This document shows, piece by piece, positions 37,928 through 50,804 of a DNA stretch of 64,000 nucleotides; position 1 is the stretch's first letter; the number at the start of each line of letters is the position of its first letter. A model generated the notes under the pieces. That model searched no databases. It saw nothing but the letters and a program-made list of their open reading frames with translations, and had not been told where the DNA came from. The DNA comes from Paragordius varius (lineage: Eukaryota; Animalia; Nematomorpha). The stretch is taken from assembly GCA_964247055.1 (NCBI GenBank), contig OZ176051.1:1612001-1676000 (forward strand), in the 5' to 3' direction. The position numbers were made by a program, and so were the translations under genes.

Positions 37928-39259
37928 ATATACCATTTCCCAATCAATCGAAACGTTTTCCCAGTCAATCGAAACATTTTCCCAGTCAATAAAAACAGTT
38001 TCCCAATCAATAAAAACGTTTTCCAAGTCAATAAAACGGTTTTATTTTTGATGATAAATATCAAAACATGATATAAAAATAACTTTTAATTGTTATCAGC
38101 GTAATATTAAGATATTATTTTTTATCAAAACAAATTATTAAATGACATGTATCCTATTATATTCCAATGCACAATCATTAATGACTTATTTTTTAAATGC
38201 TATATTATCAACTGGATGAATATTTTATCGTTTTAATGAATATTAAGAAAATATTTAATATTTTTTTTATTTTATCGATGGTTCGCATTAGTATTCGATG
38301 CTAATTTATAGAATCTGTAGTTAAGGATGAAATTCAAAAAATTTTAAAGTATACCACTTTTCATCTTAAATTGGTCATTTAACGCTTTAAATTGGATCTT
38401 AAACAAGTCGAATTGTGGATAAAAATACTGTCGGAAAAAAATATTTAAACAAAACATGTTTTTTAGATAAAAATGTTTTTGATTTAAAAATATTTTATAA
38501 AAAAGAATATTCAAACACAATGGCTTCGAGGAAGGCATTTTTAACTCAAAAAGCAGTTCCGCATTCGATACGGGCTTTCATATATAATTTATTCGATTTT
38601 AGACATGCGACTGTATAATACAAACACAATTAATTTAGTTCCAATTTAATAAACTCATTCAGAATAATTGCGTAAGAAATATGAATTTTACTAAGATTTT
38701 GTGGGCATATTTTTGCATATGGATTTCCAAATTTTTTGCGGACCGCACATAAATCTCCGAAAGCCGCGTTTGGCCTGGACCAAATGATAAATCTTATATA
38801 AATTAGAGTGAAATTTATGTTTAAGATCCAATATGAAGCTTTAAATGACCGATTTGAGATAAAAATGGTATATTTTTATAAATTTTCCGTAACTATAGAC
38901 TTAATAAGTTAGCCTCGAATATTAATGCGAACCATCGATAAGATAAAAAATTATTAAATATTTTCTTAAAAATTCTTAAAAACCATAAATCCAGTTGATA
39001 AAATACATTTAAAAAATAAGTCATTAATGATTGTGCATTGGAATATAATAGGAAAAATTGTCATTCAATAATTGTGTTTTAATAAAAAATAATATCCTAA
39101 TATTACGCCGATAATGGTTAAAATTTATTTCTATATCATGTTTTGATATTTATCATCAAAAATAAAACCGTTTTTATTGACTGGGAAAACGTTTCGATTG
39201 ATTGGGAAAATGTTTCGATTGACTGGGAAAACGTTTTTTTTGACTGCGAAATGGTATAT
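37928..39259. mobile_element. Foldback element with ~480-bp inverted arms, 21-bp subterminal tandem repeats and a probable TA TSD
   Basis: atataccatttcccaatc... pairs with ...gcgaaatggtatat. The unit cccartcaatcgaaacgtttt occurs x5 on the left and x4 inverted on the right. The arms stay alignable to ~38410/38810, and the spacer holds a family D MITE. Confidence 0.88.
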
Positions 39260-39653
39260 TAAAAAATATTGTGGAATTTCGACATTCGTTTAGTTTAAGA
39301 GGACTAGCCCATTTTAGAAAAGGAAAAAAATTTAGGACTTTCGGAGCCCACATCTAAAAATTAAATCTTCTGAAAATACTGTTTTGTTTTTTATATAAGT
39401 GGTTTACAATATATTTTACTAATCTTTTTTGGAATAAAGCCTCTAGCTTTCACCATAAGTTTTTTTTAACAAAATGCTCGCAAATTATGCCATTTTCTGA
39501 TATGGAGCAATTACAACAAAAGTGTAATTAAATTTCGTAAATCACTAATAGGGCAAAATCAAAAGAACTATGAGAATCCTGATATATTTTCCTATCATGT
39601 TATTTTATCAGGAATTTTTATATCTAGCGATTATAAAATAATAAATGTATTTG

Positions 39654-42009
39654 CACAGTGTGCAACAAATTTACTCAAGATATCATACCTAGCTTAATAT
39701 AACCCTTGTGTCATATACATCTCAAAAATATAAGGATAAAAAAAATTGTCAATGTAGAAAATTTTTTTTTAACTTTTTCCATATATGGATATATTCGGAA
39801 AAAATTAATTTATTTGCATAATACTTGATCAAAAATTATATATATAATATAAATAATATTAAATAAATATTATTTGCAAATTTTGGCTCAATATGAATGG
39901 ATAGATTTAAAATAAACGTCAATTTATTAAATCCAACTAAATTTAGACCTTTATATTAGTAACATAAAAAATACTTGATGAAAATCAATATAATATGCGC
40001 CAAAATTTAAGTTTAACTTTATATGTTAATATAAATATTACTTATATATAATAAAAATTAGGTTTTAAGTTAAAAATTTTTGAAATTTTTTATTTTACTA
40101 AAATAAAATTAAATTTTTTTAATATCAACTGTAATATAATCATGTCTGGTGATTATAAATATAACCATATGAATTTTTTTACCTGGATTTTTGAATTGTA
40201 GATGATATTGACTGTTGCTTTACCCTGATATGATGGTATATTTTATAATAATTATAGATAAATATATTTGGAATTTAGATATAACATTGAACCAATGTAA
40301 TCCATTGTGAAAATCATATTTTAAAGACAAACTTGCTAATCACAAGCAAACATCCACCAGAAAATTATATTTTGATACATTATGTTCATTGTGTAATAAA
40401 TTAATATATTTAATTTTTTTAATATAAAATTGTTTACTTGGTTTTGAACCAATGTGGGCAAGGTCCATCCAAAGATTTCTATTAGTTTTACTGTTGAGTT
40501 CTGCCAAAGAATTGGTTTCTCTTAAATTACCCATTCTAATTTAAATAAAACTCCTCCATAGATTGCTATTTTTTGTTATGTTGAGTTATGCCAGTATTCA
40601 GGCACATAATTGTTTTAGGTTCATTTAGAAATGTAAAATTTAAAAAAATCTTCTGAATACGGCCAGTTTTTTCTTGAATGATTTTTTAAAAAACGGTTTA
40701 TGGCAAAAGAAAGTGTTAACGAAGTATACATCAGTTTTACCAAAACTTGGGCTCTAAAAGCTTATTTATGGCCCTGAATTATCAATTAAATTTTATGTCA
40801 TACTTATTTTTAATATAAATGTCTGCAAGTTTTTATAGTTATAGTATGTTGCACGGTTCATGAGACAAGATTTTGCAGCCCTTTTAATTTTTTTGTTGAG
40901 TACCATTTCTTTAAATTCTTATATTTAAATCTATCAAAAGGTGTTGATAATCATTTTATAAACTATTTTAATCGGGCATTTCATGTTATTAATATTTTGG
41001 CAAAATTCTCAATATCAAGAACTTTTTCAACGAGTTGAATTTCATATACCCTAAGTAGGATAGGTTGTTTGCGATGGCTTAAGAAGCGCATGATCTAAGA
41101 GAAATCAATTCTTTGGCAGAACTCAACATTAAAACTAAAAATGGAAATCTTTGGAGGAGTTTTATTTTTGGCGACCTTGCCCACATTCGTTCAAAAACAA
41201 GTAAACAATTTTATATTAAAAAAATTAAATATATTAGTTTATTACACAATGAACATAATGTATCAAAATATAATTTTCTGGTGGATGTTTGCTTGTGATT
41301 AGCAAGTTTGTCTTTAAAATATGATTTTCACAATGGATTACATTGGTTTTTCAATGTTATATCTAAATTCCAAATATATTTATCTATAATTATTATAAAA
41401 TATACCATCATATCAGGGTAAAGCAACAGTCAATATCAACTACAATTCAAAAATCCAGGTAAAAAAATCCATATGGTTATATTTATAATCACCAGACATG
41501 AATATATTACAGTTGATATTAAAAAAATTTAATTTTATTTTAGTAAAATAAAAAATTTCAAAAAATTTTAACTTAGTTAAAACCTAATTTTTATTATATA
41601 TAAGTAATATTTATATTAACATATAAAGTTAAACTTAAATTTTGGCGCATATTATATTGATTTTCATCAAGTATTTTTTATGTTACTAATATAAAGGGCT
41701 AAATTTATTTGGATTTAATAAATTGACGTTTATTTTAAATCTATCCATTCATATTGAGCCAAAATTTGCAAATAATATTTATTTAATATTATTTATATTA
41801 TATATAAGTTTTATAATTTTTGATCAAGTATTATGCAAATAAATTGATTTTTTCCGAATATATCCATATATGGAAAAAGCTAAAAAAAAATTTTCTACAT
41901 TGACAATTTTTTTTATCCTTATATTTTTAGGATGTCTATGTCACAACGGTCATATTAAGCTTAATATGATATCCTGAGAAAATAAATACCCCCAATTTTG
42001 CACACTGTG
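39654..42009. mobile_element. 2.36-kb foldback element with ~880-bp inverted arms, CACAGTG termini and a 4-bp TSD (TTTG); Chapaev/CMC-like
   Basis: tttg|cacagtgtgcaa ... ttgcacactgtg|tttg. Arms 39740-40470 and 41170-41900 are nearly perfect reverse complements. The ORF-track entries 40340-40534(-) and 41113-41298(+) are mirror copies of each other. Confidence 0.85.
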
Positions 42010-44259
42010 TTTGTAATAATTTTTAGTCCAACCAATAGTAAACAAAGAAATAAATATAATATACCCATAATAAAACACAAACAGATTCCAGCATACACAA
42101 TAAAGAAATTACTGATGTAGACTAAAATACCATACCAATTGTTGCACTGATCATTAACTCTAAATTAATTTAGAAAAGTAATTTAAAAACGTAAACACAA
42201 AAATATGTAGCGCTTCATAGGCACAAAAATGAATGAAAACAGACATTTATATTTTAAAATACTCCTACTCTCAGCAGTTATTTTATGATAACGCTTTCTA
42301 TATATTATATTAACAGTTAGGCTAACATTAATTTTGATAAATCAGTAATGTCTTTGATACAGAACATCATATAGACACACATTAAATAACAAAAACTTCA
42401 ACAATCGCTTATGGTTAGAAAAACAACAAAAAATTAAAATGAAACAATTTTCACCTATATTATAACATGAATTCAGTAATATTTTGATCAAACCTTTTAA
42501 TACCATACGCTATTGTAACCGAAATTTCCTCCAATTTTTAATACCGTAGAATGCATATTTCATTAACCAATAATAGAAAATTAGGTAAAATTGATGGAAT
42601 AAATCAGCATGAGAAAATTTGAGGTAAAACTTTTTTAGCAAAAATTAAATTATGTTTGTGTGTTGGGTAAGTTTGTTAATAGCTTTGCCAAATTTCCTTA
42701 ATAATTTTACTGTATTAATAATTAAATCCATTAAATAGATTATAAATTAAATTTTTCATTTGTACGATGCGAAAAATCTAAATTTTAAATGACTGAAAAA
42801 TATTTTTGGGAAACAACTATTAATAGGGGTAGCAAATAATAGAGTTATTTTTTAAAATAAATAAATATTACTGAATAAAAAACAGCTTTCCATGTTTTAC
42901 CAAAAAATTATTTTAATAATTTTGTAACAAAGTGTCGGTTCATTATATCCCGAAATGCTTAATACTTAATCGATTTTGTTTTAAAATAAACGTATTTGAA
43001 TATTATCCAATTAAAAATAAATGAGGTGGTGAATTTAACAAAACTATCCATTCGAACAAAACTTGATGTAATAAAATATATAGCAATATTGTATAATTTT
43101 TCATATATCAAAACGTAACAGGCACTCTTAATTAACATTAAGGTTATGAAAACAAAACTAAGTATATAAAAAGTATACTCAACAAAAATTGTCGGTATAT
43201 ATATATATATATATATCCTGTCAAAAATTTAAAAGATTATATATCTTAGTGGAATGTTTATATTTGACGTTAGATGTAACATTTTATGAGTGATAAATCG
43301 TATTCAATTTTTTTTGTAATTTCAATGTTTTCTTAGGATTCATAAGGATATTTTACGGTATCATAGAAATTTAATCAATATGTGTACAAGAGAGAAGTTC
43401 ATTGTTCCAAACAATAGAGGAGATGCCAACATATTACACACTTAAACTTTTTATAAAAAAGGCTTCAATTATATTATTATAATAATATAATTAAATTTTG
43501 TATTGTTATTATGTTATCACAAAACCCTATTGTATTGTATATATCAATTATTTTTTATAATGATTGAGGCATACTACACATTCATACATCTCCATAATTG
43601 AAATGTGTAATGCATTTTACGTGTTTTCTTGACAAAAAAAAGATACAATATTGATAAAACATCTTGACAATAGAATTTAATACTACGGTAGACAATATTT
43701 TACATATATAAAAATTAAAAAAAAATTCAAATAGAGGGAGAAACACACTTGTTAGCATACAGGATAGAATAGGAAATGAATAAAATGGGGAACGTTATAC
43801 ATATAGAGAGAAGGGGAGGGCTCAATACACTTCACTTATTTTTAAAATGTTTTCTTTCTCACAATCGCGAATATGTGTATATATTGTTCTTTTATCTGAT
43901 GATGTCTTATATTTATTGTATTTTTATATATAATTTGAACATTATAAAAGTATGTATATACTGTTGACAAAAGTGATTATACCGAATTGAAAGCTGTGTC
44001 TCTATTGTTAACTTGTAATAATTGCTGAACTCTATACTCTATTATTTATCTATTAAAATTCATTTATTATCCATTCTCTCTCCGTGTGTGTGTGTATTGT
44101 ATTACCAAATAAAAAGAAAAGTAATTTCTTTTGTTGAAAATTGAACAATTCAATTTTTGTCGTAACAACACTTTACATTAAACGATTTTAATTCATTTTG
44201 TATTACTATGGGTATTATTATTATGCATCCTAGATTAAGCTTCAAATATCGTCGATTTC

Positions 44260-45183
44260 ATGGAAGAAAACGGAACCGGACCCCCAAAAATCAAACGGCC
44301 CATGAATGCTTTTATGGTTTGGTCCCGCGGACAAAGGCGGAAAATGGCACAGGAAAATCCTAAAATGCACAATTCAGAAATCAGTAAACGTTTGGGAGAA
44401 GATTGGAAGCTTTTGACGGAATCCGAAAAGCGCCCCTTTATCGATGAAGCCAAACGCCTTCGTTGTGTTCACATGAAAGAACACCCTGATTACAAGTACC
44501 GACCCCGGCGAAAAAGTAAAATGGCAAAGAAAGACAATTCCGATGTCAAAGAATCGAAACACTTTGACACTCCGTCCGTTTCGCAAGAAAAGGATTCCTC
44601 TACCAATCTCATACGCTATGTGGATGTAGGAGGTGATTGCCATAAATCTGAAAACAATTTTATAATGAATAACAATAGTAGCGCAATAATGAGTGGCCAT
44701 TCCATATCAGCTCTCACTACGCACCAAAACGGGAACACGGCGACCCCTATGATACCATATCCAAACTTTATGAATGGATCATTCCGTCGCTTCACAGATA
44801 TAACTGCTAGTCTCTACAAAAAAGATTTCCCACCCTACCTCAACTACGTCAATTATTGGGCAGCTAACCCATCGGAAGCCAGTAAGAATCCCCATATGCC
44901 TATCATACCTTCTAACAATACCAATTACGGTGTTAATGAAGAAATCGCCCTACATAATTATTATGCAGGCGGTGGGCCAGGCCCCAATTTCCAGCATGCC
45001 AATGGAGGTGGAGGACAACCCGGGGCCACTGATATGATTTCAATGTATTTGCCCTCCAATACTCAATTGGTGTTGAGACCAAATGCCGTGCCAGAACCGG
45101 GTGCTGGCTTGTGTGGAGATCCATCTTCTCTTTCTATGCCTCATCATCCACCCTTTATGCCAAACTCCTACTATTATTGTTGA
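44260..45183 (+). CDS. SoxB1: SoxB1-group HMG-box transcription factor, intronless (307 aa)
   Basis: [35 protein letters not shown]...[10 protein letters not shown], the group-B KKD motif, and the C-terminal DMISMYLP motif typical of SoxB1. Confidence 0.95.
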   Translation: MEENGTGPPKIKRPMNAFMVWSRGQRRKMAQENPKMHNSEISKRLGEDWKLLTESEKRPFIDEAKRLRCVHMKEHPDYKYRPRRKSKMAKKDNSDVKESKHFDTPSVSQEKDSSTNLIRYVDVGGDCHKSENNFIMNNNSSAIMSGHSISALTTHQNGNTATPMIPYPNFMNGSFRRFTDITASLYKKDFPPYLNYVNYWAANPSEASKNPHMPIIPSNNTNYGVNEEIALHNYYAGGGPGPNFQHANGGGGQPGATDMISMYLPSNTQLVLRPNAVPEPGAGLCGDPSSLSMPHHPPFMPNSYYYC

Positions 45184-47289
45184 AAGAATTTTGTTTTATA
45201 GAAAGAAGCAATATTATAGGCCATATCATTATTTTTAATGGTCCAAAGTGTGAATAATATATATTTCTGTTGCCATATATGAAATTTTTGGTCTTATTAA
45301 TTATATTTTTAGAATATTGGAAAAAATACAGTTATATAACTAATAAAATGAAAACTTATACATGACAACAGAGACATTTAAATTAAATACTCTTTTACCC
45401 ATTTAAAATACAGGTATAGCCTATAATAGTGTTCGTTACTGTAAAATGAAATAAAATTGTTTATAAAAATCATATATTTTACGGCGGTTATAAAATTATT
45501 AATGAAATCATTTTTTGGGGTGAACCGAAAACATTATTGCGGCGACGACAACCGATTAAACTTGATTTATTAACCATAATTATAAAATAATTTAATTGGG
45601 AATGGCATAGCCTCCGAAATATTTGATTATTATTTATTATAATAAAAAACCTCTAGATTCCTAATTTTATAAAACAATTTTGTCAGCATAATTATATGCG
45701 TCAATCAAATTGGATTGACAGTACACGGCATGCAATCATTCCCCACAAATGCAGATTATGTATGCAATTATATATCAAATTATTTATTTGTCTGTAAAAT
45801 CAAAAATATATATATTTTTCATTTTGTGTAAATATCACGATAAAATAAATGTTTTTTAACTACGCTTGACCCATTTTATATATGTATATATAATTCTGAT
45901 TTTTCATAATTTATTATGTAGATTTTATCTTTAGAAAAGCAACTATGATAATTTTGTAGAGTTTGAATTCAGAAAAAGATAATCTTAAAATCTTTTTCTA
46001 AAATATACTGTATGATATAATATGTAAATGGATTAAAATTAATTTTTACACAATTCGTAAGTTGCAGTTTAGATTTTTACATGAATTGTCATTTCAATAT
46101 AAGGTTTAGAACACGAGTTTTAAGGCGAGATCGATTTAGCCTTTTTCTTCGGCCCGCATTTTGTAAAGTATATCAAAAAAGATAATTTTTGTAGTTTTAT
46201 ATTTAAATAATATATTTTTACTAATTTATTTAGCATTTTTTAATATAAAAGATATTTTTATCATTTTTTGTGGTTTTATTCATATTTTCTGCAATAAATT
46301 TTAAATATATGTTATATAAATATTTATAGAGAAATTATATAATGTTTCCTAAATCTGAATTTTATATGGTTTTAAATAGGATAATGTGCTTTTATAAAAC
46401 AAAACAAACATTTATTAAAAATATTCAAATTTACTTATGCGACGAATAAGAAATATATAAAAAATAAGCAATCTGCTGTGGGTTTAATAGTAAAGTTATA
46501 TATACATGCCAACATCAAAAACCAAAGGCCCCTATGACTATAAATTTATAATTTCCGCGAGCGGGCCAGTTATTACACCAATGTGTGGACTGAAATTCAA
46601 ATTTTGATTTAAGTAGGACTTATTGGCAACAGAATTACCAGAAAAGTGGTAAAAATATAGTGACTATTTAATAATATGCAAAAATTAACATTGAATTCAC
46701 TGAAAATGCGGCCCACGAAGCCATTTAGACATGTAGAAGTGTGTTGACAACATGCATCTTTACATATATTTTTTATTTTTTGGTAACACTTTATTACCTT
46801 AAAGTAGTTGACGATATTGGCTAAATTTAATGTAGCCTTTTTAGTGTATATAAGATTACGCCAACTATTACATAAGAAAATACTTTTTTGGGTTGTTTTG
46901 CAAATTGGCTCATCAACTTTGGAAACAATCAAATTAATTATGTATGAGGAAATTTTTACAAAAAATGTCTACTTAATATCTAGAACATGTTTTATATAAA
47001 TTCATCATATTTTATCAAAGAAAATAACTTTGCAAATATTTTTTCTTTACTTAATTATGGTAAAATTCACACTAAAATGTAGTTATAAGTTTCAGATAAA
47101 TATAGTGTTAATATTAAAATTATATCCATATTTTTAACGTTATGTGTTAATTTTTCTCTATTATAATTCATTATTGTAATATCAGAGACTTTGACATTTT
47201 AAATTTAATGAGCAAATTATGTGGCATTTTTAAATCTTTAAATATATATATATATAACGAGTTGAGGGAGTATTAAATATATAATATTA

Positions 47290-48140
47290 AGCCCAGTGGG
47301 TATTGACGGAGGGAACTATATTTAATGCCGAATGTACAAATTTTATTAAATATTTTTATATAAATAAAAAGTAGCCATGCCGAAAAATTCTAAGGAAGGT
47401 ATAAATCCCATTAATCAATATAAATATACGTCAAATGGCTTATTCCAAAAAATACATTAGCACTAAATAATCATTTATGATGACGTGTTTTTGGAGGTAT
47501 AAAAAAGCGTTGGGCAAAATCTTTGCATTTATATTGGGAATATCTGGAATTATCATAAATTCCATATGTTCTATAAGTTCTTGGAAATATTGCTTCAAAG
47601 TAAAAAATTGTTCTATGGCGGCGCATTTTTTAGGGCCTAAAACTTTGCTTAGCTACTCATTAAAATAACCCCTTATATTAAAATATTTGTTTTTTAAGGG
47701 GTAATCGTTGTTTTAGGCCTTTATTGAACTCACATAGTCTTATAGGTTTTAAATTTGGCTCCAAATGCTGTATCTATATGGTGACGCAGTTTACGGGTAG
47801 CTCCCTAACAGGGGCGAAACAAAAAACGCTCGATTAAAATTTTTGTAATTCGGGTAATACCCGGAATAATGATAGATTCCATATGCTCAAAATAGTTTTT
47901 GGAAGAATGGCTTCAAAACTTAATAATAGTTCAATGAAAGGGCCTAATTAAGGGCTAGTTTTAAAAAACTGCTTGACTTAAATTTTTGCCTTGTTACGGA
48001 TAATATTAAAAGCACCTATTGAACTCATATGGCCTAAAGGTTTTCTGAAAATTAACTTCAAAACAACGCAATTTCGATATGGTGGCTCAGTTTTAGGTGG
48101 GTATTTCCCTACCCAAAGGCTGATACAAAAAAAGCCCATG
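47290..48140 (-). mobile_element. Family H Helitron-derived copy with ~305-bp internal repeat units (reverse of 51150-52860)
   Basis: The reverse complement matches the units and right end of the 51-52.9 kb array (gcatggctactttttatttata...attcggc...cttaatat). Confidence 0.7.
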
Positions 48141-48719
48141 CTTGGTGAGGTGAAGGCAGAAATCATAGCCGAGGCGCCCTGAAATATTTGATATGCATGC
48201 ACCGAATGCTGCAAACGGTGGAATAACATTTATAATTATTAAATATTTTTTAAATTAATAAGTTTTGGGTATTTGTGAAATATTTTATTACACTGTGATA
48301 ATTTAAATAATCTTAAATGCATATGGATTCTTTGAATTTTATTGGGAAGGTAGGATTATATAAATTTGTTTCATTTTAAATGAAAATTCCTTATCAAAAT
48401 TGTATAAAATATTCTTTATCTGCTTTTCGTAATACACTGTTTATAAGAGAGTTAGTAGAAAACACATCCTTTTTGAATCTGATTACGTTTGTTAGGGATT
48501 GTAATATTTCTATTGGCATATCCTTACTGGGGTATTAGCGTTTGTGAGTTTTTTTTCGGAATCCAATGTATCAAGACGCAATTCTATGCCTTTACATTTT
48601 TTGAAAAAGTTATTGTGTATTTTTTAGGGCTCTATTTATTATAAACTTCAGTTAAGTATTTATATATTTTGGTCAATATATATTGCAATATTTTGGGTTT
48701 TGGCTGTTTTGTTTTTAAT

Positions 48720-50150
48720 GTGGTTGTAGGTGAGGTTGATAGGTAGGGTAGTTAGGTTTAAAATGACCAGTTCTCTCCACTTGCCTCTTTCCCATGCTAT
48801 TCTTTTCCATTCCCTTATACATCTACCAGATTCCTTCATTATGTTCAGCCATCTTAACATCGGTTTCCTTTTTTCCCTTCAACTTTTCCAAAAATCAAAT
48901 CCTTCTCAAGGAATGTACTTCTTAAAATGTGCCTAATGTATGTGAACTTTCTTTTTATTATAGATCCCATTAAATGACTTTCAATATTTAATTTTTCTCT
49001 TACTATTTTATTCTTAACCTTATCTAGTTTCCAAAGTGATATCTTTACTTTTCCATCATTTAGTCAACTTGTTCGCACTGACTTCCCTAATGCTATGCGG
49101 CGTTTGATATCTGGCGTGGAGGATCCGTTGATATCAGAGCTAAGGGGTGCCATCCAGGGGCGTACCGAGGTGGGGGCAAGGGGGTGCATCATGCCCCGGG
49201 CGCCGTTATTTAGGGGCGCCTAAATGATTTTTAAAATTAAATTTAATTATGCAAAAATAATAAAAACTTTCAAATGAGATTTTTCAGCAATAAATCCCTA
49301 TAATATATACTCTATTATTCACCTAATTAGTACCATTGAATAAATTTAGTATCATATAAATATATATATTTAATAGATTTAGAATTTATATGACTCTGCT
49401 GTCTTATCTAAGGTTTTTAGGTTACAACGTTTGTATTTTTTACTGATTTGTTTTATTGGCTTTTTTTTAAAAAAAAAGGGGGGGGGGGCGCCGCAAATGC
49501 TTGGTACGCCACTGGTGCCATCTATGGTTATATTAGGTTTGATTTTGATAAACACATAACTTTGGTTAAGATTAAGGTTTAATCCATATCTTTTACTTAC
49601 TTCTCTTATTAACCTTATCATATTTTTTAACTTTCTACATTATCTGCAATCAACGACGTGTCATCTGCGAATCTAAGATTGTTAATCCTTCTCCCTCCTA
49701 CCCTTAGGCTTTCAGTAGCTTTATCTACTTTTCTCATGATCATTTCTGTACAAATATTAAACAAGTATGGTGGGAGGCAACATTATTGTCTAACACCTTT
49801 CTGTATTGAAATTTCGTTGGTTCTGCTTGGGATTTTATCAAAATGATGCATGTAACCAGCATCAGTAATTAGTTTATAGGAGCTGTTTTCCAAAAAGGCT
49901 CATTCTTGGGTGTGAGACATTTGATATCTAAACACCCATAATATGTGCTAACTGGAAGAAGGAAATTGATAATAATTTTTTGTCTGCATTCATATCTCTG
50001 TCATCACCGCTTTTCCAATCCTTTATTCCAGAATTCGGCTGTGAAACTGTCTTCTACTTTTAGACAAAGATTCACCCTTTTCAGATAATATTATCCGCAT
50101 ATTTTCTTAATCTTATCCCTCCGTTTCTTACATCAAATCTTAATTATCTT
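48720..50150 (-). mobile_element. 5'-truncated, decayed RTE-type LINE (RT domain to 3' end)
   Basis: Minus strand: KGVRQ*CCLPPYLFNICTEMIMR...VGGRRINNLRFADDTSLIA, DIKRRIALGK, KRKFTYIRHILR...LEKDLIFGKVEG...PMLRWL...ERGKWR. Confidence 0.85.
49155..49514. mobile_element. 360-bp hAT MITE with a perfect 8-bp TSD, inserted in the LINE
   Basis: gtgccatc|caggggcgtacc ... ggtacgccactg|gtgccatc (TSD at 49147-49154 and 49515-49522). Confidence 0.92.
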
Positions 50151-50804
50151 TTTCATTTTATTTATTTAGGAGCAAAGGGAAGCCTATCTGCGGAATTTTC
50201 TATGTGTGGCCCGCTTTATCGTTTTCTGTTTTGTTTATATAGAGTTATTTCATGTCAAGTTCGATGAGACATCTAGTTTTTAAAATACTTTTTAAATACC
50301 CCCTGTTTTATTTTATCGACTCATTATAATTTATTCCTTTCAAAATTATTAAATGTTTCTAATACTGCTCATCAACTGTGTTCTTAAAATTTTATCAATC
50401 ATCAAACTTGCTTGATTTTCTAGTATTTTGATTTGATTATTTAACTTTGAATTTACTTAAACTTTCCCTTAATAAGACCATTTAGCTCTGATAATTTCTA
50501 CACTTACACAAACTTCTTTATTCGCGAATAGATGATACCCGATCTTTAAAACAACAACCTCATGCTTTCCAAATTTTTTCTATGGATCTTTTAAATATAA
50601 TAATGAGTGCGAATATAATTAAAAATAATTTAAATGTAGTGTGTGACAAAAATATCGAGATAAACATCAGAGACACAAAATGCAGTAATTTAAATTGCAT
50701 TATGAGTTACTTCCAACCCAAGAGGGCTTTAAGAAGCATAGAAAACTTACTAATAAAATGAAATAAGTTAGTGATAGTCAAAAAATATAGCAATATATAT
50801 ATAT

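Noticed and set aside
37936-38042. 21-bp repeats superficially like a CRISPR array
   Set aside because: There are no spacers, they are mirrored at 39170-39250 as TIR sub-repeats, and the context is eukaryotic.
39654-39690. True V(D)J-type RSS or a RAG locus
   Set aside because: Only the heptamer is present. There is no nonamer at 12/23 spacing, no RAG-like ORF, and the TSD is 4 bp rather than 5.
42040-42330. Possible hydrophobic exons on the minus strand (VNDQCNNWYGILVYISNFFIVYAGICLCFIM, or LMISATIGMVF*STSVISLLCMLE)
   Set aside because: The two candidate frames conflict, one has a stop, there is no convincing family match, and T-rich DNA yields such peptides by chance. RNA-seq would be needed.
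44137-44157. Palindrome aaaattgaa-caa-ttcaatttt containing an AACAAT Sox site upstream of SoxB1
   Set aside because: 9-bp A/T arms and a 6-mer are expected by chance at this base composition.
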